NCBI GenBank assembly: GCA_001938485.1
Contig: MQRK01248900.1
Span: 1 to 64,000, forward strand
Direction of reading: 5' to 3'
Length of the DNA stretch: 64,000 nucleotides
Source of the DNA: Girardia tigrina
Lineage: Eukaryota
In this document: one piece after another, positions 25,430 through 38,400 of the stretch
Layout: each line of letters opens with the position of its first letter
Numbering within the stretch: the first letter of the stretch is position 1
Notes under the pieces: generated by a model
What the model saw: the letters and a program-made list of their open reading frames with translations, nothing else
What the model was told of the DNA's origin: nothing
Database searches by the model: none
Made by a program: the position numbers and the translations under genes

Positions 25430-26460
25430 GAGAGTCCAGGCTTGAAAGAGTTTTTGAAAGTGTTTTGCCAATTCTTTGTTTTGATCGTTGATAAAACCGT
25501 TAGTATGTATCTTAGATTCCTTGTAACCAAAAACTCTTAGCTCTAAATAGGCATTTTCCTTTACTATGAAATTTCAGTAGTCTTTCATCTTGGTACATTA
25601 TCATTCAGAGTAATCTGAATTTGATACTGGAACTTTATTTCTTTAGGAACTTTAGAAATTCAAATGCCTTTTTATTAAACAGTTAGTACAAATAATTGGG
25701 AAATATTGAGTTTGTGTTCCCGTTTCGTCCACTTGCAATTAGCAAGATTTCAATACTCTAACTTCATTGAAATTGTCTTTCCAATTCTTATTTTTCCATC
25801 TTCTTTCTGTTCAGTCATAATTTCATGTCTGTTGGGAAAAGTAAAGAAAGTAGTAAAATCCGGAATTCCTATTTTAAATTTAAATCGAAAATTTAAAAGT
25901 GTTTCTTCATACATTATATCACAATAGTTTGTTTTTTCGTGTTGCATTTGGTGAAATGTTTAATACTCTAATTTATTGTTTGATTTTTCCAAAAAAAAAC
26001 CAACATATGTTGGAAAACTTTAATTAAAATGCATGTGTTTGTAATAAACCGATTCTTTTCTTAAAACATTAAAATTCAAATTGGATACATGTGTTGTTAT
26101 TTGGAAAATATTCAGCAAAATCTTATAAGCATTCCAAGTCTGAAAAGCAATCTACAAAACTGTTCAATTGCTTTGATTATAGCCAAAAGCTGTTGGAGAT
26201 CTCTTAAGCAATATAACCAATCGATATGGCAGTCCAGAATATTAAAAACTAGCTAACATAGCTCTTCTAAAATATGAAGAGGTTTGTCATAAGCACTAAG
26301 AAAATTAGCATATCGAGTCGAGCAACAGAAGTAGACCAATTCCATTTTTTATTTACCATGTTTATTCTATGAATGAACCTTTTTCCATTTTTTATAAAGA
26401 AATATTTAGTAAAGGACCTTAATAAAAAAGTATGTCTATTTTTACACAAATAAATGACAT
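25430..26460 (-). pseudogene. Degenerate Gypsy pol (RT-RNase H) relic
   Basis: KWNWS, YDKPL and QLLAIIKAIEQF (RNase H ELLAI motif) lie in scrambled frames. Confidence 0.45.
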
Positions 26461-26723
26461 TATCGGTATAAGATTTGAGGAAGATGAGAATTAGAAATGT
26501 GAATTTGTTATTTTTAACATTTATTCTAACTTATTAAAGTTTAAAAAGCAAAATAGAAATCATAAAAACCTTATAAAAACTCTTCAACTGGAATGCAAAA
26601 AATGTATTTTAAGGGTCATTTGTGATCATGGGTCTCGTTTTTTTCATCAATGAGAATTTTACTTTTAAAGAATTATTTTTTGGTCTTAAGATCATAAAAG
26701 ACATTTAATTTTTATTATTTTAG

Positions 26724-26954
26724 ATAGTAATTTCGTGCTGGGCAATGCGCAAGCAAAGGATTTTCCCATTGTGTACTGTAGTGACGGATTTGTGGAGTTA
26801 ACGGGTTTTAATAGAGCTCAAATAATGTCTCGGTGTTGTTCCTGCTGCTTTCTGTGGGGTGAAAATACATCACAAATAGAGAGGGATAAAATTTTAGAGG
26901 CTTTACATATGCAAACAGAACTGAAATTAGAATTAATATTTTACAAAAAGAATT
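26724..26954 (+). CDS. elk: ELK channel exon 2 (PAS domain)
   Basis: Acceptor ttttag|AT completes His with exon 1. Translates SNFVLGNAQAKDFPIVYCSDGFVELTGFNRAQIM...LIFYKKN. Donor T|GTAAGA at 26955; 231 bp, phase 1-1. Confidence 0.97.
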
Positions 26955-27415
26955 GTAAGAATAATATTTTTGTTATAATAATCTCACATTATAAAGTGTT
27001 TGATTTAAAAAAAATATTTCGAAAGATTGTTTTCAGTTATATACAAGTAACATCATTTAAAAATATAGAGTGACTCGTCAGATACACCGGATTCAATTTT
27101 AAAATAGAGCACAGAAAGTTTTTATTTAGTTAAAACATTTTTCTTGATTTATAAAGTAGACTCGTATAGGTAACTTATGGAACATAATTAAAGTCAAATG
27201 TTCCCAAGAATGAACTGGTATGCTCGAACTATTTTGGTTCGGAATTTAAATACGGATAATTATTATATTTATATTATGATTGTTTATGATCCTCATCGAT
27301 CCTCTCAAGAGAAATTTAAATCGACATTATGATCGACTGATATACTTGAATGACAATGACTAGTATTCTTAATTTGCTTTCTTTCGCTTTTGTACTGATG
27401 TATGATAAATAAGAT

Positions 27416-27920
27416 CAGTGCTCGAAGTGGGAAAAAATAAGTACCGGTATGCGGAAACCGGCCATACAGTGATTTTGCTCCTCCGCTGCCCAACGCCAAC
27501 ACCCTGACGTCAACTCCAACGCCCCCTCCCCGATTTTTTAATATATTTAAAAAAAACAGTGGTTTCTTTTCATTTCTGCTCGCCCAAAATTGTATACAAC
27601 CCCCACATATTAACGAACCCTGACGGAAACCAAAAACCATTCTCCGTTTAAATCTTATAGACTACACAATAAAGTTATTCACCAGCGTGTGTAATGGTAA
27701 CTATAGTAACTACAGATCTCACTAAGTGTCCAGTCAACAATAAACTGTCTAGAGGTGACATATTTTGTAAATGCAATCGACACTAACGTCGGCATCCTTT
27801 CCACTACCCCGAAAACAAGTGCCGGTATGAGCCGGTATTCCCCTTAAAAATCATACTACCTTAAAATCAAATAAGTGCCGGTATGTCATACCGGCACATC
27901 CCGGCTCACTTCGAGCCGTG
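27416..27920. mobile_element. hAT MITE
   Basis: Perfect 8-bp TSD AATAAGAT; TIRs CAGTGCTCGAAGTG / CACTTCGAGCCGTG; subterminal CCGGTAT repeats. Confidence 0.92.
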
Positions 27921-28197
27921 AATAAGATATATGATTAAAATGAAAATTACTAATAAATTAATTTTAAAAGAAAAAGATTAAATAACATTTAAATAAAATT
28001 AAAATAAGTAATTAAATAAAATTTAAATTAAAAAATTTGAATGTTGTAAATAATGTTCATTATTTTAAATGGAGAAAAAAATGGGTTCGAACGATGACTC
28101 ATTGAGTCACGTTTTATTTCTGTTCATTTCGAGTCGGCAGTATATTGAATGGAGAGAGAGTCAGCGAGCCAGTGGAGACTGAGAGTTGTACCTAGAG

Positions 28198-28615
28198 CAG
28201 TGGTTCTCAACTAATTTAAAAACGCGGAACACAATTCACATGAATTTTTTTACGCGGAACACTGACAAAAAATTCATTGAAAAATTCTCTATCGAACGTA
28301 TTATTTCGTNNNNNNNNNNNNNNNNNNNNNNNNNNNNNNNNNNNNNNNNNNNNNNNNNNNNNNNNNNNNNNNNNNNNNNNNNNNNNNNNNNNNNNNNNNN
28401 NNNNNNNNNNNNNNNNNNNNNNNNNNNNNNNNNNNNNNNNNNNNNNNNNNNNNNNNNNNNNNNNNNNNNNNNNNNNNNNNNNNNNNNNNNNNNNNNNNNN
28501 NNNNATTTGTATCTTAAATGCAAATTTAAAGATAAAATGTAGATATTTTCGCGGAACACTGAAAGCGGATTCGCGGAACACTGATGTGCCGCGGAACACG
28601 GGTTGAGAACCACTG
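28198..28615. mobile_element. hAT (Charlie/Buster) MITE spanning an assembly gap
   Basis: Perfect TSD ACCTAGAG; TIRs CAGTGGTTCTCAAC / GTTGAGAACCACTG; CGCGGAACAC subterminal repeats. Confidence 0.93.
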
Positions 28616-28639
28616 ACCTAGAGAGACAAATTGTCTGAA

Positions 28640-29500
28640 ATTGTATCCCTTCAGTTGAACTCAAACGAATGTTTCAACAACTGTCGATGTTCAAAATAGT
28701 CCACTATATTTTATTCCATATTTTGCCGGTTTTGACTACATATATTATTTAAATCCGGGACGTCCATGAAATGGCACTAAAGTCTTATCCACTTCTACGT
28801 ATTTATTGTGGATGAAGGGCCTAGAGAGTGTTTGAGATCATATGTCATAAAGTGAACCCATGGGAGCAAATTCTGTTTGCTATCTACGACTTTGTCTGGT
28901 ACTTGTCAAGCCGAATCGTAGTAGTAAGTGCAAATATCGAGCGAGGCATAAAATGGCTGATACAAGGGTGACCTTTTAAAGCTGACCACATTGTCCTGAT
29001 TGGTTCACCACGTCCTTTATAAACACCAAACAAAATACATACACCATAATATGTTGATAATTTTTCTCGACTAATGACCACATCAGCCTTCTCGCGTATA
29101 GTCAATAGTACAAGCCACTCTCATATATAAGAGAATCATTAAATATAGAATCATAGATAGAATCACCAGTTTTTCAGTGCTGTCTCATCACATTGACGGT
29201 GCCCAATTGCACGACCAAACGGAAAAGGTTCTTCTACCAGTGTGTTCCATCTTTACCTCGATACTCGCCACACGATATGAAACATGGCTCAGAAGGTACG
29301 TTGTTTCTTTCGTCTGTAAGTGAGTTAATGCATGCATTTTGATTGAGCAGCTCGAAATAAAATAATAAAATCTAACCTTCTGAGTTGGTCTCACTGTCTG
29401 TTGAATGAGTATCACAAATTTGAATTTCATCATTAGAAAGTAGATCGTCGTCTTCATCATCATTTTTACTGGTGGCTAATTTTTCTTCAGGCTCATTATA
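28640..29500 (-). pseudogene. Degenerate piggyBac transposase
   Basis: YYGVCILFGVYKGRGEPIRTMWSALKGHP...MPRSIF matches the PGBD N-terminal core; acidic N-terminal segment near 29440-29465. Confidence 0.75.
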
Positions 29501-29791
29501 CTAGTAGGGTATTGCTTGTGTCTTAGCAAGGTAGGAAGGGCGTTCACTACCTCCAATTATTATTCCACCAGTGTTACTAGTTTAAGTTGATTGAATATTT
29601 TGATCACTACCAGGTCCGCAGATGCCTTAACGTTACTATAATTATGTGGAAGAAGGCTTCTTCCTTGCACAAGTTGCTTCGGTGTCCATTATGTAGATTT
29701 GTTATTCAAAAGATAAGGTGTTGAGATCTGATTTGTTGCATCAATGGTGGTCGGTATTCGTATTTCTCCGTATCTTCATAACTCTCTACAG

Positions 29792-30221
29792 CAGGGGTGC
29801 TCAAACTTAAGCCATTGACGATCGACTATAAAAATATTAGACGGCAAGTAATCGACTGGTACAAATTTGGTTCTAGCTCCGTGTTAATTTAGGCTAATTT
29901 AATTTGACAGACCGAATTAAGTTCACATTGAGATAAAAATACACCACACTTACAACATAATTTGCATTACTAATTAAGCCACAAAGTTTTCCGCTCATCA
30001 CTATTTAAGTCATTTACATCGTGTGATAAAGTTCAATATGAATAAACGGGTATGTCTGTACAATGGAGAAGGATAAGCATATCACAGGCGGCATAGAAGG
30101 GAAACAGTTACAATAATAGTAAAGAAATATCCAGAATACTTTTTATAAATACGTATGCCATCGACTTAAAAACTGGTCTTGATCGACTAGTCAATCGAAA
30201 TCGACCGTTTGAGCACCCCTG
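29792..30221. mobile_element. hAT (Buster-type) MITE
   Basis: TIRs CAGGGGTGCTCAAAC / GTTTGAGCACCCCTG; TSD CTCTACAG / CTCCACAG; ATCGAC subterminal repeats. Confidence 0.92.
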
Positions 30222-30943
30222 CTCCACAGCTTTGTTTCTTAAATTATACTACTGGCATGTTCTCTGCATTTTAAAATTACTTTACAGTTTTAATATGAGC
30301 ATCACTTAATAATAGGCAATAAAAGTGAGATACTTTCAGTAAATTACAGTAAATTGACACTAACCTAAGCTGTTCTATGCATAAAATAATATCATATTAC
30401 AACAATGATGCCTGAAGCATTTAATTCGAGAATGAGAGTGATATATTTAAATACATTATAGATGAAAGATAACTTTATTGAGTTTTATTGAAAAAATCGC
30501 TACCTTCAATAAATGTCCATGACTAAAGTTCACTAGTTGTAAGAGGGGTATAAAGATAAGAAATCATGGGATTATGGGTTGAATGAAAACATAAAGCAAT
30601 ACATCAACGCTGACTATTAATGGATAAAACATTATAAATATGAAAATTATTGATTTGAAAAATTATTTATTGAGCACTATTGTCCCGGATTTTGTAAAAC
30701 TTCAATAATGTTAAAAGCCGCAGAATTTTATTTTTACAATTTTATTAAAGTTTGAGTTGATTTTATACACTTTTAAAACATAAATTCAAAAAATGTTTTT
30801 CATTTACGGAATAAGAATATTAAATTTGATTAATCTCAGTTATAAGAATGAAAAAATCAATCAAACGACTGTAGGATTTCTACTGGGAGCTGATTCATCC
30901 TCTGAAGCCACCAACGTAATTTATTTTATCCAGTGTTTAAGGG

Positions 30944-33150
30944 TTAATGAGAACAGTTATAACACAGTTTCACTTGGCATGGTTCACACATTGGTTTTGA
31001 GCACTTGCAACAAATGATGTAAGTTTTATTTTGTTCACAATTCTTGCGTATATTACATTTTACCCGTTTGTCAATTGTGAGAGACTTTGAAGGAATTAAG
31101 AGTTGAGGTCGTGGAATTCTAGCAGCAGCACATGTTTGGGTGAGTTTTGCGCCAAGCTGAAAGATAAAGCGACGACGAGATATATTTTTCTTGCTGTTTA
31201 GTTTGAAAAGAACTCTGAAAGTGATCGCAGCAATGTTTAGCAAGTTACAGAAGGCTGCCAGTGGCCATCGACACGTTCCAATTTTATTTGTCATGGCTTT
31301 GCATATTGAATCGTCCAAGTCAACTCAATATTTATTTTTATTGTAGTATTTGAGTCTGGCTTTCTTTTACCAGTTGATTCGCATGATGCTCCACGATGCA
31401 AAGTCGATAGGACATAGACAATCTTATTTGATTTTACCTGATAGCAGACAAGTTTTAGTTCTCCATTTTGTAGAAATATTTAATCATAATGATTCGTTTT
31501 GGCTTGTTCTGGTACTTTCCCTCTATTTTTGCGGATAGTTCCGACGATTGACGTTAAGCTTTCTACAAGATTCTCAGCAAACTTTTGGCCCGTGAAGAAA
31601 CTGTCTGTACAGACATTATATCCCTTATTTAGATATGTAGCTATCAGAGACATAATTACATTTTAACCAACACTCATTGTAGGGGTTCTTGATTCATCTT
31701 TACTAAGGTAAGGAATAAGATTGAGACAATATTTGTTTATTACTTAAACTACGAGGGACGTTCCGAGTGTAAGTGGAAAAAAGGGAGACGACACCACAAG
31801 AGAGCATTTATTGAAGGTATATAATGTCATTCATCATCCTCATCACTGTGAAACTTGGTAAGGCAGCAATTTGCATTGATGGTCTCCGACACTTTTTCCA
31901 CATTTTCTACCGTGCTCGTCGTTGCTGGACGTCCACTCATGTCCTCGTCGTCCAAGGATTCACGTCCATTTTCGAATTGATGCACCCAATTGTAGACGGC
32001 AGACCTTTGCAGGGCTCTTCCTTGAAATACATTTGATAAGCGGCGCACAATGTCAGACACTGGAGTATCCTCTTTCCAAAGGAAAAGATAATGGCACGCT
32101 GAGAACGTACTGCGTCTTCCATGTGTTAAACAAAAATGAAAACACTGCATATGACAGTTTCCTCTATGCTGCTCACATGTTGCATGGACCAATACCACTT
32201 TTGCTCGATTTCTATTGGCTGGTAAGTACATCACGCCACCACACCACCACGCCACCACGCCACCACGCCATCTGTCCCTCTGTAAGATGCACACACACGC
32301 GCACACCCATATATAAGTATTTCCACTTACTTTCGGAATGCCCATCGTAGCATTCAGTATTTGATACAAACTTGTTTGGCTTGTTCTTCGTAAATTGCTA
32401 AACTCAACAGCAAGCCTTGGTGGGAAATAGTTGCTCATCAGCAGTCAAATCAGGACTGGGTATGTAGGCTTTCTGAAAATTGCTTACTATTCTGTCGTGA
32501 ACCACGGACACTAGAGCATATTTGTCTTATTCGAATCTCTGGCTTCTGATAGTTTTCTTGTTGAACTTCTTTATCTGACGAAAAGGGTCTCTTGACATGA
32601 TTTTCTCAAATTTCTCACATCCATATTCACTTGACCACAGGAGATCATATGGGAAATTGGACTTGCTCGTGGTTTCTTTGATGAATAGAAGACCGATGAA
32701 TACTTCAAATTCGTATAGTTCAAGGGAAAAGCTTTCATCATCCTGATGGCGCGCATAGTCGATTTTGCATTCCCTGATAAAGCAAATAATTACATCATCT
32801 ACAAAAAAGGCGAAATACATCCACAGAGTCTTCCACACTCCGGCAGTAAGATGTAATGCCTGTCTCGACTATGTAATGTAATGAAAATCTCCCACTCTCT
32901 TCACTTATTACGGGCCGCCACTCTGTACCATTCTCTGCGAGAATAAAAGGATGGTCCTCGTTTTCACTGAGTTAATCATTGTCACAGTCACCGCTTACTA
33001 AGCTTGAAACAACGCTGGAATTTGAAGATGATTCATCACTTGATTCGCTTTCATCACCACCAGAATCTCTATTTTCGTTCCAAAAAATGCACTTGAACTC
33101 TCGTAGATAGCATGGACGAATATTCCGTCTTAATAGACCCCTTCCATTCA
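30944..33150 (-). pseudogene. Degenerate piggyBac transposase with C-terminal Cys-rich domain, interrupted by a mariner
   Basis: ELYEFEVFIGLL...LLWSSEYG...MSRDPF; RWPLAAFCNLLNIAAI...RRRFIFQL; C-terminal CNIRKNC...CCKCSKPMCEPC. Confidence 0.88.
31752..32347 (-). mobile_element. Internally deleted irritans-like mariner (596 bp) nested in the piggyBac
   Basis: TA TSDs; TIRs CGAGGGACGTTCCGAGTGTAAGTGGAA / TTCCACTTACTTTCGGAATGCCCATCG; HTH region VYNWVHQFENGRESLDDEDMSGRP. Confidence 0.9.
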
Positions 33151-34414
33151 CAATAGTTGGTTTGCCAATTGTATTAATATTAATAGGTTTATATAAGTAA
33201 ACATGAAGTGTAAGTTTTTCAAAGAAAAAAGCCTTAGAAGAACCAAAAAAATCATTAAAAAATTACATGCAATATTCTGAAGGGTTACGATTGTAGAATT
33301 AATCTAAAATCCAAAAGATCGATAGTGAACTTGAAATTACTTCTACTTTAGGGGATGTAAAAACAGAAATAAAATAGCAACACAAATTGTGATAATATTT
33401 AATTGTCTAACTTTAACTGATAACCTTTGATTTAAGATAAAAAGATATCGTGAATTCAGTATCAGTTTTGATTAAGATAATTGTTCGTAATTGATGGTAT
33501 CAAATAGTTGATTTCTTTTTTGACTTTTTGACTAGTGGCTAGGTAGTTGGATTTATTGACTGTTTTCAATAATCTTCGGGAATTAACGAGCCGTTAACGG
33601 AACAATTATAATGAATTGTCAAAAGAATCGTCAAATTATACGAAATACTCACTAGACCAAATCAGGTAGATATAAGGCAATTTATTTCTTAACTGCCATT
33701 ATCAAAATTAAATTAATGAATTTATTATTGATTTTTATTTTTATTCAAATATCCCATATTACTATGGGATATTTGAATTGTAAATTCATCAATCAATTTC
33801 AACATTATTTTTGCAAAGCGATGTTTCCTATCATACAAAAAGGAATTCGGAACCCTCTGTAAAACGAAAAATAAAAATAAATCAAATCAATACAGCTCAC
33901 AACAATAAATAAATCTGATACATGATCAAATGTTCAAATAAAATGAAAGTACACTGAGTTGATAAATCAAAGTTGATAAACCAAATATACATCACAAAAA
34001 AATGTACATTTACAACGACTATTTCAGAAAAATATATAGCGAATCTGGTTCAAAATTTTAATTTTTAAGTGGTATCATAACTTGAATGTTGGAAAGACGA
34101 GACAGATTCACGACCCAGTCGATCAAATAAGATTTTCTTCTTGCGGCTCTGTTGTAAGAAAGGAACCTCATTAAATCAAAGGATGAATTTTCTATTACAA
34201 ATTTTTACCCAAAAATTTGTGATTTAAGAAATTATAATTATCATAATGATATAACGCTTTTTTTATTTTTTTTTACATTTGTTAAAAATTATTTCTTGGC
34301 TATTAAAAATTATTAAGACTTTGTTACAAAATGAAATAAAATATAAGGGAGTATTATTGTAATATTTAAAATATAAATAATATGATGTGAATTAACTTTT
34401 AAAATTTTTTTCAG

Positions 34415-34549
34415 CAGTTCCATTTTTATGTTTATTGGATATCGTTCCTATAAAAAATGAAAAGGGTCAAGTGGTACTCTTTCTTGCGTCTCACAAGAAT
34501 CTTGATAAGTCGGATGTTAGCGATGATGACACTACCTCTTTAATGGACG
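34415..34549 (+). CDS. elk: ELK channel exon 3 (PAC)
   Basis: Acceptor ttttcag|CA; translates (S)[29 protein letters not shown]...LMD. Donor G|GTTGGG at 34550. A tandem CAGCAG acceptor allows an alternative start at 34418. Confidence 0.93.
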
Positions 34550-34594
34550 GTTGGGTTTTATTTTGAAATTTGTAATTCATGATCTTGACTTCAG

Positions 34595-34773
34595 GCTCCT
34601 GTAGTAAACAGATTTCACAGCAACCACAGTCAGATAATGAGGACTGTGATTCAGATACTGTAGAAGAACAATCTACAGCTTATAAATATCAAAGGCGGAG
34701 AAGTCGAGCAGTTCTTTATCAATTATCAGGAAAATTTGAGTCAAAATCTAAATCAAAATTAAAGTTTAATAAA
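34595..34773 (+). CDS. elk: ELK channel exon 4 (linker with RRRSRAVLY motif)
   Basis: Follows a 45-nt GT-AG intron. Translates GSCSKQ...YQRRRSRAVLYQLSGKF...KLKFNK; RRRSRAVLYxLSG is ELK-typical. Phase-0 donor GTAAAT at 34774. Confidence 0.9.
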
Positions 34774-35499
34774 GTAAATATTTAATTATTTATATTTAGT
34801 TAAATTTGATCTTTTATTTTGATAATTTGATATAATTATTTCTCTTTTATACTACTTTAAACAAAAATTGCGTAAAATAATTTTTATCTTTATTTTAAAT
34901 AAGTTTATTTAATGCAATATTTATGTAATAATTTTAAGTAATTAACAAATTTATTATCTTTTATCTGTATTCAATTATTTACTGGATTATTTGGGTTGAA
35001 AAATATTTATATTATTAGTTAAACATATTCTTTTAATTATATATGCAATTTTAATAACAAATATTAATTAGCAATGTGATAATAAATTGCTAGTTTACCT
35101 TTTTCAAGTAATAACTTTATTATTTTTCAAGTAATAAGTTATAATAACTTTAATTAAACATTTGATGTTTCTTTATTTGTTGTTACTTTGAGAAAGAAGG
35201 ATGTGAAGAGGATATAAGAAACAAAATATTCCTTACAAATTAAGATGGTGGTACTTGTGAAGGACGGGCTCAATCTCAAAATTTTTGAAACAAATAATTT
35301 TTATAAAGAATTATAAAATAATGAATTATTTAAAATCAAAAGTTTTTAAATCAATTTTAGTGTAAAAAAATATATATATCTTAATTAATTTTAAAAAGTT
35401 ATTTTCGAAAATAATCAAATTTTAAATGTAGAGTAAAAATTTAAAATGAAATTAATTGGTTAATAATGGATTTTTAAATAATTTATTTAAAAGAAATAT

Positions 35500-38400
35500 A
35501 TAAAGACCAAGATAATTATGTTGTACTAATTTTAAAAGTTATTCTAAAAAATAAAATAAGAAACTTTGTTGCCGGAGTTGTAAAGTAAATAAAAACAGAT
35601 AATTTTAAATTTTAAAGTCAGTTTGAAATTCTGCAAATTAAAGATTTAACAAATACTTAATTCTAAACAGTTTTCGTAAATAGAAATAAATATTAAGACT
35701 TTTATCATTAATGTATCATAATAATAATAAAAATTTGAATATTGTAAATTATTTTGTTGTATTTACATTGTATTTAAAATTTGTATGGTATTTAAAATAA
35801 TTGTAAGTAAAAATGCTTTTAAACTGAAATATTGATAATAAATAAAACGTTAAAATCTTTATTAATTAACAATGTTTCACAAAAAAAAGAAATAACATTA
35901 AACTAATTCTAAAATAATAAAAAATCATTATGGTTAATTTAGTAAAAATATGACTACAAAATTATATTGGTTTAAATTTAAAAATAGTGAAATGTAAATT
36001 TTCAAAATAAATAGAATAAAAAAATTTCAATTTTAAAATAACTTATCAATTTATTTATATTTAAAAATTTCATATTTTTATATAAAAAATCTAGTCAAAA
36101 AGAAAACGAAGAAAAGTTCCTCTACAAACAATTTTATTAAAAAAAATTGTTAACTAAAAAATTGTTTGAATAATTGTTAATTGTGTTAAAAATAAACTTT
36201 TGGTGTTATGAGTCTTAATCTCGATCAAGAACCCAACAGTACTAATACTTATGATTTTCTAAATACTTGAATGAAAGTTAACAACGATTAAAGCATGTCT
36301 ATGTAAGGGTTTGTGTAAAGAAAAACTAGAAACATTTGAATACTTAAGTACTTTTTAAATAAGTTTTGTCAACGTGTTTATTAAATTAAATAAAGAATTA
36401 TTTTTTTTAACTCAAAATGAATAAAAAAAGAAAATACAAGAATTAGAGACAGTTAATAATAAATTATTTTTCAATACAACAGTAATTGATGATGTCAATA
36501 CATTGTCAATTTGTTTTCAATAACATCAAATGATACTTTAGACAATAAGACAAAAACAACTATTTTAAACACGTTTCACTGTTCTTTATTTAAGTTCATT
36601 CTTCACAAAGTGTTTTACTTTATACAAATAATATCTTATCATAATTATCTCATAATATTATAATCTCAACATAGTATAAACCACAGAAAATACAACATCA
36701 AAATATTAACATGCAATACTATTAAGAAAAACGTATTTACTCTTTGTGATGAACTGCAAACAACCGCAAAAAATAAATACAAAAAAATTGAATGTGAATC
36801 GCGATATTGATGCTCAAAATTATAAAAAAAACAGTTTGTTCAAAAAAATGTAAATAAATATTAAAAATAAAATAAAGGCAAACAAAGATTGTTTGAATGA
36901 AACAACAGATGCGAAAGTTGAGGTGCCACAATTAAATAATAACGTTGAGCAAAATGTCCATTGAAGATTCGGTTGTAATAAAAATTTGTCAATCAGATAA
37001 ATATATTTTGCTAAATCAAATTTTGTGTTTTCTATTTTCTGTTGATCGTATTCAATACCGCGAGGTGATTTGTTCGTATCGACTCTCGTTGGGTCTACGG
37101 TTTTTAATCCTGACGGCAAAGATGCAAGATGGCAGCCTCGTTTACGGTTATATTGTTACTTTGCAGTTCCCGTCTTCATTATGCATAGATATAAAACAGA
37201 ACAATTCTTCCTGTGCTGGCATCTGCATGTGGTGTTTAATGATCTTAGGCAAGTCTGCATTATCGAGACGGCCGTCCCGAACGTTGTATCCGTCTTCTGG
37301 GGCTGAAGTTCTGCCACTGGGACAGTCAGCGAGTCCAAGCCCGTCAACGCGTGCGGATTACCGGCAGTTTGGCACTGGATCCGAATTTTGGATTGTTATA
37401 CTCTCTTTCTAAGATATTGTTAGGATTTCGAAAAATACATATGAACATTTTTTAAAAAATTTTTATGTAGAAAGAACTTAAAAATATTTCTTGTACTAAA
37501 ATTATTAATTTCAGACAAAATAATATTTAGTTTAACAAAATTTGGAATTAAAAAGTATATATTTTAGTTTGTTTTACTTGATCAATTTTCAAGGCCGATA
37601 AAAACTGCCATATAAACAGCAGTAAATTTAGTTTTAGTTTGCCCAAAAAATTTGCCCAAAAATTTCTTAGCTTAAATTACAAGAAGTAAGAATCGTAAAG
37701 TATATTTTATTTTTTTATTCGATTAATTTTACTCTATTGAAAGTTCTGATCGTTCGTACCCTGTATAGGAGAAGTAGACCATTTTAACTTTCAATTTTTT
37801 ACGGTTATCGTTCGTTTAGAAGATTTATAGTTTCGATATTAATAAACTGTGATCTGACTAACTCGCATCGATTATCCGTTTGTGAATACGTTTATTGATA
37901 CTATTGATTTGAACAATATAAAGCTGTGTGCTATTTTGTGTTATTGAAAATAAAGTTTTCATAAAAGAATTTGTGTTTATTATTTATATATTTATATCGG
38001 AAATCCTTACTGATCAATTGGAGTCAGATCAAAGATTTAAAGAATAAAGATTTAAGATTAAAGATTTGTGTTTTAAAAATTAAATATTTAAGTTTAAAGA
38101 TATTAATACCAAACAATTTCTTTCATATCATGATCTAAATCCAATATTTTGATAAAAACGATCTTTTATCAACAGTAAATTACTGTGATTATCAAAATTA
38201 AAAAAAATATTAAACAAGAAGTACGGGGTAAGATCAATTTAAAAACCTTAAAACAAATACTTTAAGTTGTTGAAAAATTCTTGAACTTTTTATTTATTTA
38301 ATCTTACTTTCATAAAATGAAATCTACAAAATGTTTTGGGAGGTTTATAAAATTTAGTTAAAATAAATTGACTAAGTAAAGTTTCAAAGTTTACTATTTC

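Noticed and set aside
26955-27073. 3' part of ORF 26735-27073
   Set aside because: Read-through into intron 2; homology stops at the GT donor at 26955.
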